Of a stretch of DNA of 64,000 bases, positions 12,701-24,289 are shown piece by piece. Position 1 is the stretch's first letter. Every line of letters starts with the position of its first letter. Both the position numbers and the translations under genes were made by a program. The notes below the pieces were generated by a model. It did not search any database, had not been told where the DNA came from, and saw only the letters and a list, made by a program, of their open reading frames with translations. The DNA is taken from positions 7,874,001-7,938,000 of the forward strand of contig CATNEN010000002.1 of the NCBI GenBank assembly GCA_950097015.1, given 5' to 3'. This DNA is from Macrostomum hystrix. Its lineage: Eukaryota > Animalia > Platyhelminthes.

Positions 12701-13440
12701 TTCTACGTCTCTGGCCGTTTCATTGCCTGCAGAGATGAGGCCGAAGTCAAGATGAAGACAGCACGACAAGAAGTTAAGGCTGGAACCACGTATGCCTCGG
12801 CTGCAGCCGGGCTGACCGTGACAGAATGGCGTGATGAGAACTGCGCCATGTGTCATCAGCTGGTTGTCTCTGGGCTGGCGCGCGTCAGGCGGGGAGGGGA
12901 GGGCTGTCCGTACAGCGGAACCAGCTTCTGGGCCAACGCAACACGTAAGTGGCTTTTAACATTCGGGGAAGTGAACATTTTTTGAATAATTTGGCTATTT
13001 AATTGACTTAAATATACTATTCTAACCAAAGAGAGTAAATCAGCCCCTCGTGTTTCATTTATCCAGGCCGAGCCTACTACTGGACCGATGCGCTTAGCGA
13101 TCGGCTTCACGTCTATTCTCGGCGTCGCGCCATTGCTCACGGCGTCCTCTGCCTGCCGTTCTTGGCCGCCGGGCCGGGCCTGCTTGCTGGGCTGCGCTCC
13201 GCTCTGCTGGGTTTGGCCAACTCGGCCGTGTTCATCGGCCAGGCCGAGCCCAGCGAACCACTGAGCGGCGCCTCTCTCGACGGAGGCTCGTCCGCCGCTG
13301 CCGCCGCCGGCCCAGACGGGCTGGCGCTGCCCGCCGGTAAGGTGTGGATCAATCCGCTATTGTATCGGAAAGCGGAAAGCGAATCGGAGCGCGAGGCCTT
13401 CGCTTTGCGCTACAATCGGAGATTCTTTCAGATCGGCTGA
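9791..13440 (+). CDS. Large protein (~1175 aa) with three tandem TIR/SEFIR-like domains, S/T linker, Q/E/R coiled-coil repeat and unknown C-terminal region
   Basis: First in-frame ATG 9791 (MAEEGAPP) follows a cag acceptor. Exon1 9791-12944 ends at a gtaagt donor (phase 1); acceptor ttatccag at 13066; exon2 13067-13440 stays in frame with the track ORF 13162-13440. Three internal repeats share Y-x-F/L-x-I/L, F-x-x-Y/F, (S)xYCxIIVSEES, FLxRLxxFL, W-x-x-RF/L-x-x-V-C-V-G and W..L motifs in TIR-like beta/alpha order. Confidence 0.68.
11737..12118 (+). repeat. Coding tandem repeat (QEEQERQR-type) forming a predicted coiled coil
   Basis: Repeated caggaagagcaagagcgtcagcgt units in frame inside the TIR-like ORF. 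Confidence 0.9.
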
Positions 13441-15587
13441 GTAGCTCTGCTGATTTTTGACTAGAGAGTCGTGTGCTCAATTGTCGTAGACTTGTTATAC
13501 AAAACAGGAACGTATTGGCGAGATATTTGGACACTGGATCCTGATCATTGTGACTTTTTATTTCTCTTTACTGAATTTAGAGCTCCCATGGAATATAGAG
13601 CTGAATATACTCAAATACTCAGAGCTGATAAACTCAAAACATCTACAACTATGCGATTCAATTTAGCTTTATTAGCTGACAAAAACTAAGCGCTGAATAA
13701 TTTTGCCTACCCTGCTTGGCTAACCATCTGTTAATGTAACTCCGATTCCCTTTTGACACTCGCAGAGTGCGTGCTTCGTCGCCAAAAATAGCTAAAAAAT
13801 ATGATAGCTTGTACTAGAAGCTTGGTGTTAATTTTTTCTATAGATTTCATTCTGTTCTGGTAACAATGAATTTCATATACAATCTTGAATAGTATTTTTT
13901 TACTTTTCTTTTTTTAGACAATTTTTCATGATCCACTGTCCTCATAACAATATTTTTCTCCATTGCGCACTCCTGTTTTGCGTTGACATTATCCTTTTTC
14001 GTTGCAAAAGAAGGTTTGCCTTGTATGTCTTTATCGGCCTTCTTCCGCGCAGATCAATCTGCTTTGTGTTTCTCGAGTAGTTTATTTTCTATTTTCGCAT
14101 CGGTTCGCGGCTGCAGATTGAGCCAAGTACATATGTCGCTTCATTTTTCCTTAGTCCTGAATACTGGCCCACTGCTCAATATATCTGACCTCGCATCGTG
14201 CTCACAATTTCTAGTACAAACTCAGATATAGCTTTGCTGCTGGTTGTTTCAGCCCGTGTTTGGCGCATTGCTGCCACCCTTCGCTGCTGCTGCTACCGTT
14301 TCTTGTGTGTTGCAAATTCATCGGTTGTTTTATTTTTTACTTTTTATAATCCCAGCTAGTTTTTGTATGTCCTCTAAGCGATTTTTTCAGTTAACTGTCA
14401 TTCTGCCATACTGCTAACCTACACAAACATTTTTTTACTATGCTCTTTAGACATTTTATATTTTCTAACTAAAATTCTACTCATAGCTTGTCATGTTCTG
14501 ACGCCGATAATTGCTGTTTAACTTAAACACATTCTAAATTCGTTTTTTAACACTAAAGAAGAATAACAAAGGGGCAGATTCAGCTCTTTGCCCGCTGCGA
14601 TCGTTTTAACCACACCTTAAAATATGTCTGTTGTTTTCTTGGTCAATGAAAAGCCCAAATCTACTGAGAAATAGGACACGGGGTTTCACGAGAACAGTTC
14701 GTGGCTGATTCTCATCCGCAGCTGGGATGATCACAGGTATATTGTAGTTAACCCAGCTAATGGTGGCAGCGGTGGGATTACTAATCTTAAGCAGTTGCTT
14801 TTTTAAAGATTATTTCACCTGCGTTTTTTTCATTCGTTATAGTCCGTTAACTTCACCTTACTGTTGCAAAAAATCTGGACATATGGAAAACTAGCTGGCC
14901 CGAGTCTGCCTGCCTATTGTGTGTCGCTGCATTCTTTTGTTTTGCCTGCCAAGTACGGCGAATGACTTGCTTGTTGAGTTTGTGGGCCATGAGTAAGGCA
15001 GTTAGCATAAGGCCTTCGGTTGTGGCTGCCGCGTTTGAGGCTGAGTGAAACTCGCTTCTCTCTTAGCGCTCTGTTGTCTGTGTGTGTGTGCATTTCTGGC
15101 CACTCAACATGGAGGAGTGAATTACTGTGCGGCTTCTGTGCTCATTGGGCTGGAATGCGCAGTTTTTGCTGCCTTGTGTCGTGTGCACTTTAGTGTCCGA
15201 ATAATCTGGCTAGCTCTTAGTGTAGTGTTGATATTAAATCTTTTATTTCGCAAAGCTAATTAACAATCGCTGATAATTCGGGTCACTTAAAGATATTTCA
15301 GACGGCTTAATAGATTTTGTATCTACAAGCCTGCAATACGGTTATGAGAAGACAGCTCATTGGTTAGAGCTTCAGAACTCCCGAGTTTGAATTTCTATAC
15401 AAAGGAAGAAAATTTGTGTCCTTGACAAAATGGTTTGCAAATTAAGTAGGCAGGTGTGGCGGCCAGCAGTGCGTAGACTTAACAGCTGTGCCTCTGACTG
15501 TAGTAGGTGTGTTTTTTATACTCTATTCTGTGGTGTACTCCTCATGTGTACTGAATTTCAACCCGCAGCCAGCAGCCAATCAGAGCA

Positions 15588-16757
15588 ATGGCTAGCGAAG
15601 ACAGCGGCAGCGCCACGCCCGCCGATTGGATCGAGGCATTCTGCTCCAAGCCAGGAAATGAATTCTTCTGCAAGATCGAAGAGGACTACATCAAGGATCG
15701 GTTCAACCTCACAGGCCTGGCCGGTATTGTGCCGCAATTCCATCACGCAATCAAGCTCATCTTGGATAAAGAGCCAATGGAGGATGCCGAGTGTGCGCAG
15801 TCATCTGCGGAGCTGCTGTACGGCATGATTCACGTGCGCTTCATCATGACCGAGCAGGGCATGGCGCACATGCTGGCCAAGTGGATGCTGGGCCAGTTCG
15901 GTGTCTGCCGCAGGGTGCACTGCGAGGCGCAGCGGCTGCTACCTATTGGTGAGGACGGCCTTGCCAGAAGAACGCAAGAGTATAAGGCCTTTAGCTTATC
16001 ACATCGGCCCAGGCGAATGCGGCGGGAGGCGGAGAGGACAGCCAATTTCAATAGTCCCTGGTAGACAGAAGACCTCTTGAAGGTCGGGGGTTCGATTCCT
16101 GACTCCGCTATCAAAATTTGTGTCCTTCAGCAAGACACAACTCTGCTTTGCTTCAGGTCAACCAGCTGTAAAATGTGGACTGAACAGCCGTCAGTCGGCT
16201 GCACATCTGGCCCAGACGGGCCGCAGTTTAGCTGCAGGGGGGATATATTTGAATGCACCGCCCGTGGCGCCGGGGAATCCGGTGTTGCCCACCAGTGTTG
16301 TAATAACTGTCCTGCAGGACTGTTTGTGTTTAATCATTGGTAATTATTAACGCCTTAAGGTAATTTGACAAAACTCTGGGCGTTTTTGGTGCAAAAAGCT
16401 TCAAGTCGACGTAACATATTCATCGCAGGTCTGTCTGATGTACCTGGAGATTCCTCAGTGAAGGTGTACTGTGCCAGGTGCATGGAGGTGTACATGCCCG
16501 ACTCTTCGCGACATCAGCACATCGATGGCGCCTACTTCGGCACGGGGTTTCCCCATATGCTATTTTTAACTCATCCGGAATTCCGGCCCCAGAAGCCAAC
16601 CAATCAGTTCACGCCAAGCCTGTACGGCTTCCGCATCCACCCGCGGGCCTATCTGCTGCAGGCGACGGCCGCCGCTGCGGCTCACCGAAGCGGCGGACAA
16701 TTGGCAGTCCCAGTGTCCAACGGCCATCATCCGAATGGCAATGCCAAGCCTCAATAG
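15588..16757 (+). CDS. CSNK2B: Casein kinase II regulatory subunit beta, divergent (229 aa)
   Basis: Exon1 15588-15948 (gtgagg donor, phase 1), exon2 16429-16757 (catcgcag acceptor). Motifs GNEFFC, [12 protein letters not shown], [13 protein letters not shown], CxxxxC...CxxC zinc finger and [14 protein letters not shown] are hallmark CK2-beta. Confidence 0.95.
16055..16320 (+). mobile_element. CORE-like tRNA-derived SINE (family B) in the CK2-beta intron
   Basis: ggggttcgattcc B box then gtgtccttcagcaagacac...cagctgtaaaatg, resembling the CORE-SINE central domain. Confidence 0.6.
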
Positions 16758-17434
16758 CCGATTCGAGAGATTCCTCGAGAGATCTTTTTTCGTGTCTTGT
16801 TCGTTTGCTGTTCAGTCAAAGACGTTTTAACGGCGGCTTTGTTTGGTTTGTTTCTGCTAAGCTCGGTTTTACAGTTTCGTGTGTCTGCATCGTTGTTGCA
16901 TTTCGTCTTTTTACGAATAGTACTACTCAAACAAGTCCCAAAGCAGTAGTATCTCGCTATTTTTTCTTAAAGGGAAATAATTTAACTTTTTTTGAAAAAA
17001 ACACCATTTTCCAGCTCGCAAAGCTTTTTTGGTGTATTTGAGGTGCGTACATTCTATTAGTTCGCTGGCCTGCATTTGCTTTCAGGTAGGCGGTTCGCGT
17101 TTGCGTTCTTGCGTCTTTGTACGGCATTTCCTGCTGCGCTCCGCTCTATGATTTATAAATAACATGATCTTAACTGTCGTGACAGACAAATCCTAAGACT
17201 AGGTTAACATCCTTTTTGATTTGTTGCTTTCCAAACACTATTTGTCTGATGAGGTCGCATTTTTATAAATGAATTTAATATCTGTGTATCCTGTGTTTGT
17301 CACACCCCTTGTTTGTGCTTGTCTCTTCTGGTTTTTTCTTTGCGTTTGTATTTAGCAACTGAGTAATATTGTATCCGGGTATTGTGCAGCATCTAGCTAT
17401 ATGGCATCTGGCTATGTACCATGTAGGGTAAGAT

Positions 17435-17720
17435 GGCTGAAGTAGGGAAGCGATGCGCGTTGAACTCTGCAGTCCATGAGCTCGAATCCGCGGCGAGGCC
17501 ACATTAACTTTGACCTGGCCAAATCGTGCAATTTGCGCTTATGTAGGACAAATCCAAGGCATAGGAATAATTACGCACGGGTAGATGTACACACCTGCGA
17601 GTGGTTGTGCCTGCGTATGTATCCATGTGTGTGTGTGTTCAGGGGTCAGTGAGGTAATTGCCAGAATTACCTCTGGCTAGCTGTGGTTTGACAGTCGCAG
17701 TGCTCCCCCAACACCATGCA
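17435..17720 (+). mobile_element. SINE family A, degraded copy
   Basis: gagctcgaatccgcggcgaggccacatt and gtagatgtacacacctg match family A. Confidence 0.7.
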
Positions 17721-17805
17721 ACAATATTTTTATAACTTTTCTACGCGTTGCAGCTACTTGTGGCCAGCAGCCAGCAGTAGTATAATCCGACTCACATTGT
17801 CTGCC

Positions 17806-18183
17806 ATGTTGTCAAGCCTGTTGAAGGAACACCAGCGCTTGCAGTCGCAACGCCGCGCCGCTCAGGACGCCCGCCGGGCCGAGGTGGCAACCGCCGTTGC
17901 GTCCTTAACAACCGCTCTGGTTGACGGCCTGAACAGCGGGGTGGCTCAGGCCTACGCCAATCAACGCCGGCTCGATTGCGAGACCAAGGCGCTGCAAGCC
18001 AGCGTCACGACCTTCGCTAAGCAGACGGGCCAGTGGATCAAGCTGGTGGAGGATCTCAATTCGGCGCTTAAAGAAATGGGCGACGTTGAGAACTGGGCTC
18101 GCAGCATGGAGCGCGACATGCGCATTGTCGTCGGCGCGCTGGAGAGCGCGTACGCTGAGCATGCTCAAGCGCAGACCCTCTGA
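17806..18183 (+). CDS. BLOC1S1: BLOC-1 subunit 1 (GCN5L1), intronless, 125 aa
   Basis: MLSSLLKEHQ...LVDGLNSGVAQAYANQRRLD.ETK.LQ...FAKQTGQW...LKEMGDVENWARSMERDM is the recognisable BLOC1S1 sequence. Confidence 0.95.
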   Translation: MLSSLLKEHQRLQSQRRAAQDARRAEVATAVASLTTALVDGLNSGVAQAYANQRRLDCETKALQASVTTFAKQTGQWIKLVEDLNSALKEMGDVENWARSMERDMRIVVGALESAYAEHAQAQTL

Positions 18184-18345
18184 CACTCCTGACACCCCAA
18201 CGCACCCTGACACCTCGAACAGTCCTGACAGTCCTGTCAACCTGAACACTCCCTGACACCGCCGACACTCTTGGCTCTCCTAATTCCTCGAACACTCCTG
18301 ACAGCACTGCCACCCCTGACACCCCGAACACTCCTGACAGCACTG
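18184..18345. repeat. Degenerate gacactcct-type short tandem repeat immediately 3' of BLOC1S1
   Basis: Recurrent gacactcct/aacactcctgacagc units. Confidence 0.65.
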
Positions 18346-18753
18346 ACATTAATTACTGACGCTGCCTGATGCCCATCACTGGCGGTTCTTAAATTTGTCA
18401 CTGTGAGCCTCTCACTATAGCAATAACCGATTGCCCAAGCCATCATTTTATATCCGAGTTCAGAATTACTTGTACTTGCTGCAAATATTTTCATTATAAA
18501 TATGACTTCAGCAAATTTTTGCGCATGTACTCAAGTTTTACGTTTTTTATTCCATAAAGATTATCTGATGCTTCTCTGAAACATGGATTTACTGAAATCA
18601 TTATTAAACCATTTTGCCACTTTTAACTATTTTTCTATGTTATTAAAAATTCTCACATTTATCTAGTAATTTTTGTCTAGTATTTATTTTACATGTTATT
18701 TCAGCCCAGCCACAGCCCTAACAACCTCATCGACTGGCATCGCCTGTTGACTG

Positions 18754-20821
18754 TTGGTGCATCGACCAGTTTGCATTTCGGTTCGCACAGCCTGTCGTGG
18801 CTGCCGGCTGGCGTCCTTAGCAACAGCGTCAGCGGAACCTGAGGCCACGTCGCTGACATCGGCTGCAGCTGCGGCATTGGTGACGGTGCCCGATGCAGAC
18901 GACGGCGCTGCTGGCGGCTGCTGGCGTCGGCTGACCTGTGGCTGCCGCCTGAGAGTCCAGCGACTGCCGCGCGGGATTCTGCGAATCTGCGTTCGGCGCT
19001 CCGGCTTCAGCGACGTGGGCGACCGGCGCGTGATGTGGCGCATCGCTGCCAGCCTCACTCGGGTGGCTCTGGTCGGCCTCTGCCCGCTGCTGCTCTGCCT
19101 GCTGTCCACTTCAACCGCCACCCTGGCTGCGGCCACCAACTGGCGCCGTGTCGGCTGGCAACTGTGGTCTGTCCCTGCCCTTCCTGCCGGCCTGTGCTGC
19201 CTGGCTGTTCTGGTGCTGCTGCTGCACTCCGCTGCCCTGGCCGGCGGTGGCTGGCCGACTTCGTCCCGCGTCGTTGGCGAATCCGTACTTCTGGCGCCCG
19301 GCTTAGGCCTTCAGCACAGCCGCCTGGACTTCCTGGGCCGGCCAACCGAGTCCCGCTTCATTCCGGCTCAGTCAGTGCGGGACATCATCCTGCACGAATA
19401 CGTCACCTTGGTGAGCCCGCATTACCGTGTCTGCCAGTTGTTGTACCGGTCGTCCTGCTAACAATGCGGGATCCGGCGAACTCCAATATGAAGTCCAAGA
19501 ATACTAGGTAGCGTAGTAGTAGCGCTGCCACCAGGGCGTCAGGACTTCCGCCTTCGGTGAGGTGAAGGATCCTTGGCCCGAAAGAGATGAAGTCACGAAG
19601 TCTTAAGAAGCACACTGTGCAGAGTTACAGTTGCAGTTAAAGGGCTGTCAGCGTCCTGCGTAGCTCGGGTGGTGGTGGGAGGCTAAGTTAGTTTCGGGAC
19701 TTAGCCAGAACTGAGCTTGCGAGCAGTCACACGCAGAGACTGAAGCGGAAACTTGGACACTGATAGCACTGACAATGAAGAGGAACTAGAACAAGACTAA
19801 AATTACGCCAGGGAAAGGCCGGTCCTTTTTCAGAGCCAGAGGAGCGGGGGCTTTCTTTTATAGGCAGGGGCCTCCCATAGGGTCAGTGCAGAGTTAGAAA
19901 ACACGTGATGGAATCACGTGGTTTCTAAAAATAGAAACTGACGTCAGTGGCGCCAGAAACGTCACTCCTACGTAGGCTCCTGTCCCATTATCAAAGCCCC
20001 AAGTGCAGTAAACATGTTTACGTGCACTTTAATAGACAAAGAGAGAGGCCAGTCACATGAGGAGAATCACGTGCTGACTGAGGGCAGACAAACACACACA
20101 AAGAAAAGGGACAGGGAGCAACGAAGCCAGCGCGGGACAAAGAGGTGATGACTCATCCCTGGAGGGAGGAGACAGCACACTCAAAGTACCGGCGCGGCCG
20201 GGGAAGGGAGGGACAGACCAGGGACCAGACAACGCCAGAGAGGGCAGGCCGGGCAGCCACTCAATGCCAGCAAAAAGGGACACCTAAGCTACCTTGCAGG
20301 TGGGGCTACTGACAGCTAGTGAGACACCAATAGGCCCCTAAGCCGTGGCTCACTACACAGTCATTACCGTGTCTATCCGTCATTACCCTGTCTATCCGTC
20401 ATTACCCTGTCTATCCGTCATTACCCTGTCTATCAGTCATTACCGTGTCTATCCGTCATTACCGTGTCTATCCGTCATTACCGTGTCTATCAGTCATTAC
20501 CCTGTCTATCAGTCATTACCGTGTCTATCAGTCATTACCGTGTCTTTCAGTCATTACCAAGTCTGCCAGTCATTACCGTGTCTACTGTGTCTATCATTCA
20601 TTTCCATTTCTGCCAATCATTAACGTGTCATCACCGTAATGCTAATTTTCCAGACTCGCATCTTCCCTCTGCTGACTGTGGTGCTGTGTCGCTCCGCTGA
20701 GCCGCAGCCGGATGGCCTGTACCAGCTGTTTGCCGACTGCTGCCTGCCGCTGACAGTGATGGCCGACATCTACAGACAGATCCAAGCTTTGGGCTATTAT
20801 TCTAGTGCCAGTTTAGTCTGA
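18754..20821 (+). CDS. PIGH: GPI-GlcNAc transferase subunit H (PIG-H); 5' end unresolved
   Basis: Exon ending 19410 encodes two hydrophobic helices then VVGESVLLAPGLGLQ...FIPAQSVRDIILHEYVTL; gtgagc donor (phase 0); acceptor ttttccag 20653; exon 20654-20821 IFPLLTVVL...LYQLFADCCLPLTVMADIYRQIQ matches the PIG-H C-terminus. No ATG found upstream of the N-terminal homologous segment. Confidence 0.78.
20361..20600. repeat. 19-bp minisatellite (tcattaccgtgtctatcag), about 12 copies, in the PIG-H intron
   Basis: Direct inspection. Confidence 0.9.
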
Positions 20822-21289
20822 TCTAGCCCCAATTTTCTACTTAATTTTCTACCTGATACAATGTATTCGGAATGTTTTGTTTTATTTAGATCAGATACTA
20901 CGCTTTGTTCCCGTCCTTCACAGCCTTTTTCTAACAATCGACTGTCAGTTGCAATCTGTCACTATGTGTTTCTGTATGCGATTTTCTTATTAACCGCGTC
21001 ACTTTCGGCTCTTTTCATGCCGAAATAACAACCACCAAGTTTGTTGCTTTTCAAATTTACCCAAAATTTTGACAGTCTGACTAGTCTGACTGGAAAGTCA
21101 GGAGTTCGTATCCCACCCCAAGGGACACAGTTTTTAGTTCTAGAGCGATAAGCTTAATTCCCTAATTGGTACAGTTTACCAAATTGCACCAGCATTACCT
21201 GGGATAGAAATTACAGTGCGTGTTGGGGCCTTCTCAGTCCGCGGACTGAACTGCTGTACACAGCCTCAATGAATCTGTTGCTGTGCCCT

Positions 21290-21470
21290 CCAGTGAAGGC
21301 TCGAGGGCTTGTGCAATCTGAGCTATTGAGCACACAGGGCATGTGTACACACCTGTGTGTGTCTGCCTGTGTGTTCAGAAGTCGTTGGGTCAGCGGAATA
21401 GGCAGAATTGTCTGAAATCACCAAAATGGTTTGCCAGTGCTCACAGCCATCCTGCATTTATTTGTCTATC
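21290..21470 (+). mobile_element. SINE family A, 5'-truncated degraded copy
   Basis: atgtgtacacacctgtgtg...ggcagaattg...caccaaaatgg..gcc body motifs. Confidence 0.55.
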
Positions 21471-21527
21471 ATTGTAAGTAACTGTCCGCTCTGTCTGACA
21501 TTCCAGCCTGACCCCCCTGACTGAGCC

Positions 21528-23317
21528 ATGAACTTTCCTCCGCCTTCATCAACGGCCGGCTTCGCCTGCTCTGGCAACGAGGCAGCCGACGAAGTAGATT
21601 ACGTAGACGCCGACTCGCAGAAGCTGGTGGACTTGATGGACCTCGGCCCGACTGTCCTGTGCGACCGGGCCCTGCTCAACAATGACACGGCCCAGGAGGC
21701 CCTCTGCCACGCTAGGCCTCATCAGCGCCAGCTCGTGCCCTGCGGCTTCGTTTCGCCGCCGCTGCACGTGTTCGTCTGTCTGGACCGCTGCGTGCGCCTG
21801 CGCCGTATCGAGCTGTGCCCCGCCTACGCCCGCCACCGCCTGCGCAGCGCCCAACTGCTTGGCGCCGCTGCCCAGTCGCAGCCGCTGACTTGCCTTCTCG
21901 CCCGCCTCAAAGCCGGCCGCACCGACCTCACAGCTGAGCTGGTGGCCCGCGAGCTGGACGCCTGCCCGGGCCTCGTCCGCCTCGCCAACCTGCGCTTCCC
22001 CCCAGACCGGCGCCGCTGCGGCTTCGACGTGGCTCCGCCTGCTGGCGCTCGAATTCGCGTCGCCGTCCTGCGCATCACCGGCGTCCAGCCGGGCTGCCTG
22101 CCGGCCTTTCGCGGCCTCCGCCTGCTGGCCGACGCCGAAGAGGTCACCGGCTGGCCGCCTGCCTTCAAAGTGGCGTCGGCTTCGCCGAACCCAGTCTCAT
22201 CGCCATTGTTGTCGCAGTCTTTGATCATTGCGCCGTCTCCTTTGATGTCGCCGCCACTGCCGGCGTCTTACGAGGCGTCTCCGCCGGCCTCGCGTTCACC
22301 GACACCGCCGGAGGAATTCGTAGATCCGATCACGTGCGAGCTGATGCAGACACCCGTGCTGCTGCCCTGCGGCAAGAGCGTGGACCAGGCCACCCTGGCC
22401 CGCTGTCACCAGGCCATGGACCCCTTCACCGGCCTCGCCTTCACTCAGGTAAGGCTGGGGCAGCGTTTGACTCTGCCAAGACAGTTGCGCAGTAATTAAT
22501 CAGTTGGTTGTCAGTGGCAGAGCGGTAACGTATTCGCCTTTCGCACCAAGGTCCCTGAGCTCGTTTCCGCGGCGAAGCCTTATTAATTTGAAGCGCAGCC
22601 GCTGTGAGAAGGCTTTGGGGGCTTTTCATGCAATTTACGCCCTTTAGGGCCAACCTTCAAGGCACAGTGAAAGTGCCCACTGCCTGAAGATGAGAAAGTC
22701 AGGGCAGATGTACACACCCTGTGTTCGCATGTGCCTGTGTACGGGATCTGTGTGCGTGTGAGCGGAATGGGCAGAACTGCCTCCTCAGTGGCTGCAGGTC
22801 TACTGTCACCAAATGGTGTGCCATCGCCTGCAGCCCTCCTGCAATTATTTTTATATTATGGGTAGTCAGTTAGTTTTTTCGCCTCCAGGACCGTCGCCCG
22901 GTGTTCAACTCGGCGCTGAAGCTTCGCCTCGATGACTACCTGGCAGCGCGCAGGCGCAGAAAGCGAGCCGCCCAGACAGCGGCCGCCGAGACCGCCGCGG
23001 CCCGGGCCTCGGCCAAGAGGCGCCGCTGGTTCCTGCCGGCCGACCTGGATCCCTACAGCCAGCTGGCGCCATTGCCGGAGTCCAGCTGCCAGCTGTGCAA
23101 CGCCAAGGACACCCGCCACGCCTGGTACCGCGTGCCCTGTTCGCGCGATCGGGTCATCTGCTACGCCTGCCGCATGTCAATCAGCGTGATGTCCTGCAAG
23201 CTGTGCTACTCCACCCACACCCAGGCCGAGTTCCGGGCCAACAAGCTACCGATTGACAGCGATTCTGGCCGAGATGGCAGCGGCGGCGGTGATGACTGGT
23301 CTGGCTATCTGTGCTGA
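21528..23317 (+). CDS. UBOX5: U-box domain-containing protein 5 / RING finger protein 37 (449 aa)
   Basis: Exon1 21528-22448 (gtaagg donor, phase 0), exon2 22889-23317. U-box [30 protein letters not shown]...[17 protein letters not shown] and C-terminal RING-like CxxC...PC...CxxC...CxxC match the UBOX5 architecture. Confidence 0.88.
22510..22860 (+). mobile_element. SINE family A in the UBOX5 intron
   Basis: agtggcagagcggt head, gagctcgtttcc B-box-like motif, full body and ttat tail. Confidence 0.85.
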
Positions 23318-23365
23318 CTGGAACTGACTTTGTCACTATGTCACAGAATCTGACTTGGCACGGAC

Positions 23366-23670
23366 AGAATCTGACATGCCACTGACTGAACCTGACATGC
23401 CACTGACAGAACCTGACATGCCACTGACAGAATCTGACATGCCACTGACAGAATATGACATGCCACTGACAGAACCTGACATGCCACTGACAGAACCTGA
23501 CATGCCACTGACAGAACCTGACATGCCACTGACAGAACCTGACATGCCACTGACAGAATCTGACATGCCACTGACAGAATATGACATGCCACTGACAGAA
23601 TCTGACATGCCACTGACAGAACCTGACATGCCACTGACAGAACCTGACATGCCACTGACAGAATCTGACA
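23366..23670. repeat. 21-bp minisatellite (gaa(c/t)ctgacatgccactgaca), about 14 copies
   Basis: Direct inspection; explains the 7-aa-periodic ORFs on both strands. Confidence 0.92.
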
Positions 23671-24289
23671 TGGCACTTGGAATTGCTAGGTTTCTAGACC
23701 GTTGTCATGCCGTGAAATATTCGCTAAGTCTATCGCATATACTCGTATCTAGTATTAGTGTGGGTAGCTGAGGTAGCTGAACCCAGTACAGTGCAGTGAA
23801 TTTCGCTTCCACGCCTTGCTTTGCTAGCCAGCGCTTCTGCCCGCCATTCGATTTCTTGATGATTTGGTCTCTGAAATGTTTAGCTTAGATACTGTAGCCT
23901 ACTGTACTGTATGAAAATCGATATTCAGGTCTTGTTTTTGTGTACAGCCCCTGCGCTATCGATGCGTGCGACCATATTCTGTGGCATTCTTTTCTGAAGC
24001 AATTTTAACCGCGCTAAATAAAGCATTCTATATTGTTTCCTGCCTTGTCTTGCTGTTGTAATATTTGCCTTCATGAATTGCAGTTCGCAATGCAGAAATC
24101 AAACAGCAGTCACTGAGATGCCTGTTAAATGCCTGTGTTCTAAATTAGCCAAAACGGTGTCGTGGGCGGTGATAATCTTAATGGAACTCAAGCTAAACTC
24201 GAGTTCAATTTCAGCTTGAGCCGCTCTCGTATTATATATTGCGACTCACAAAATTTTTAATCCGCATCTTCTGAAACAAGAATCAAGTC

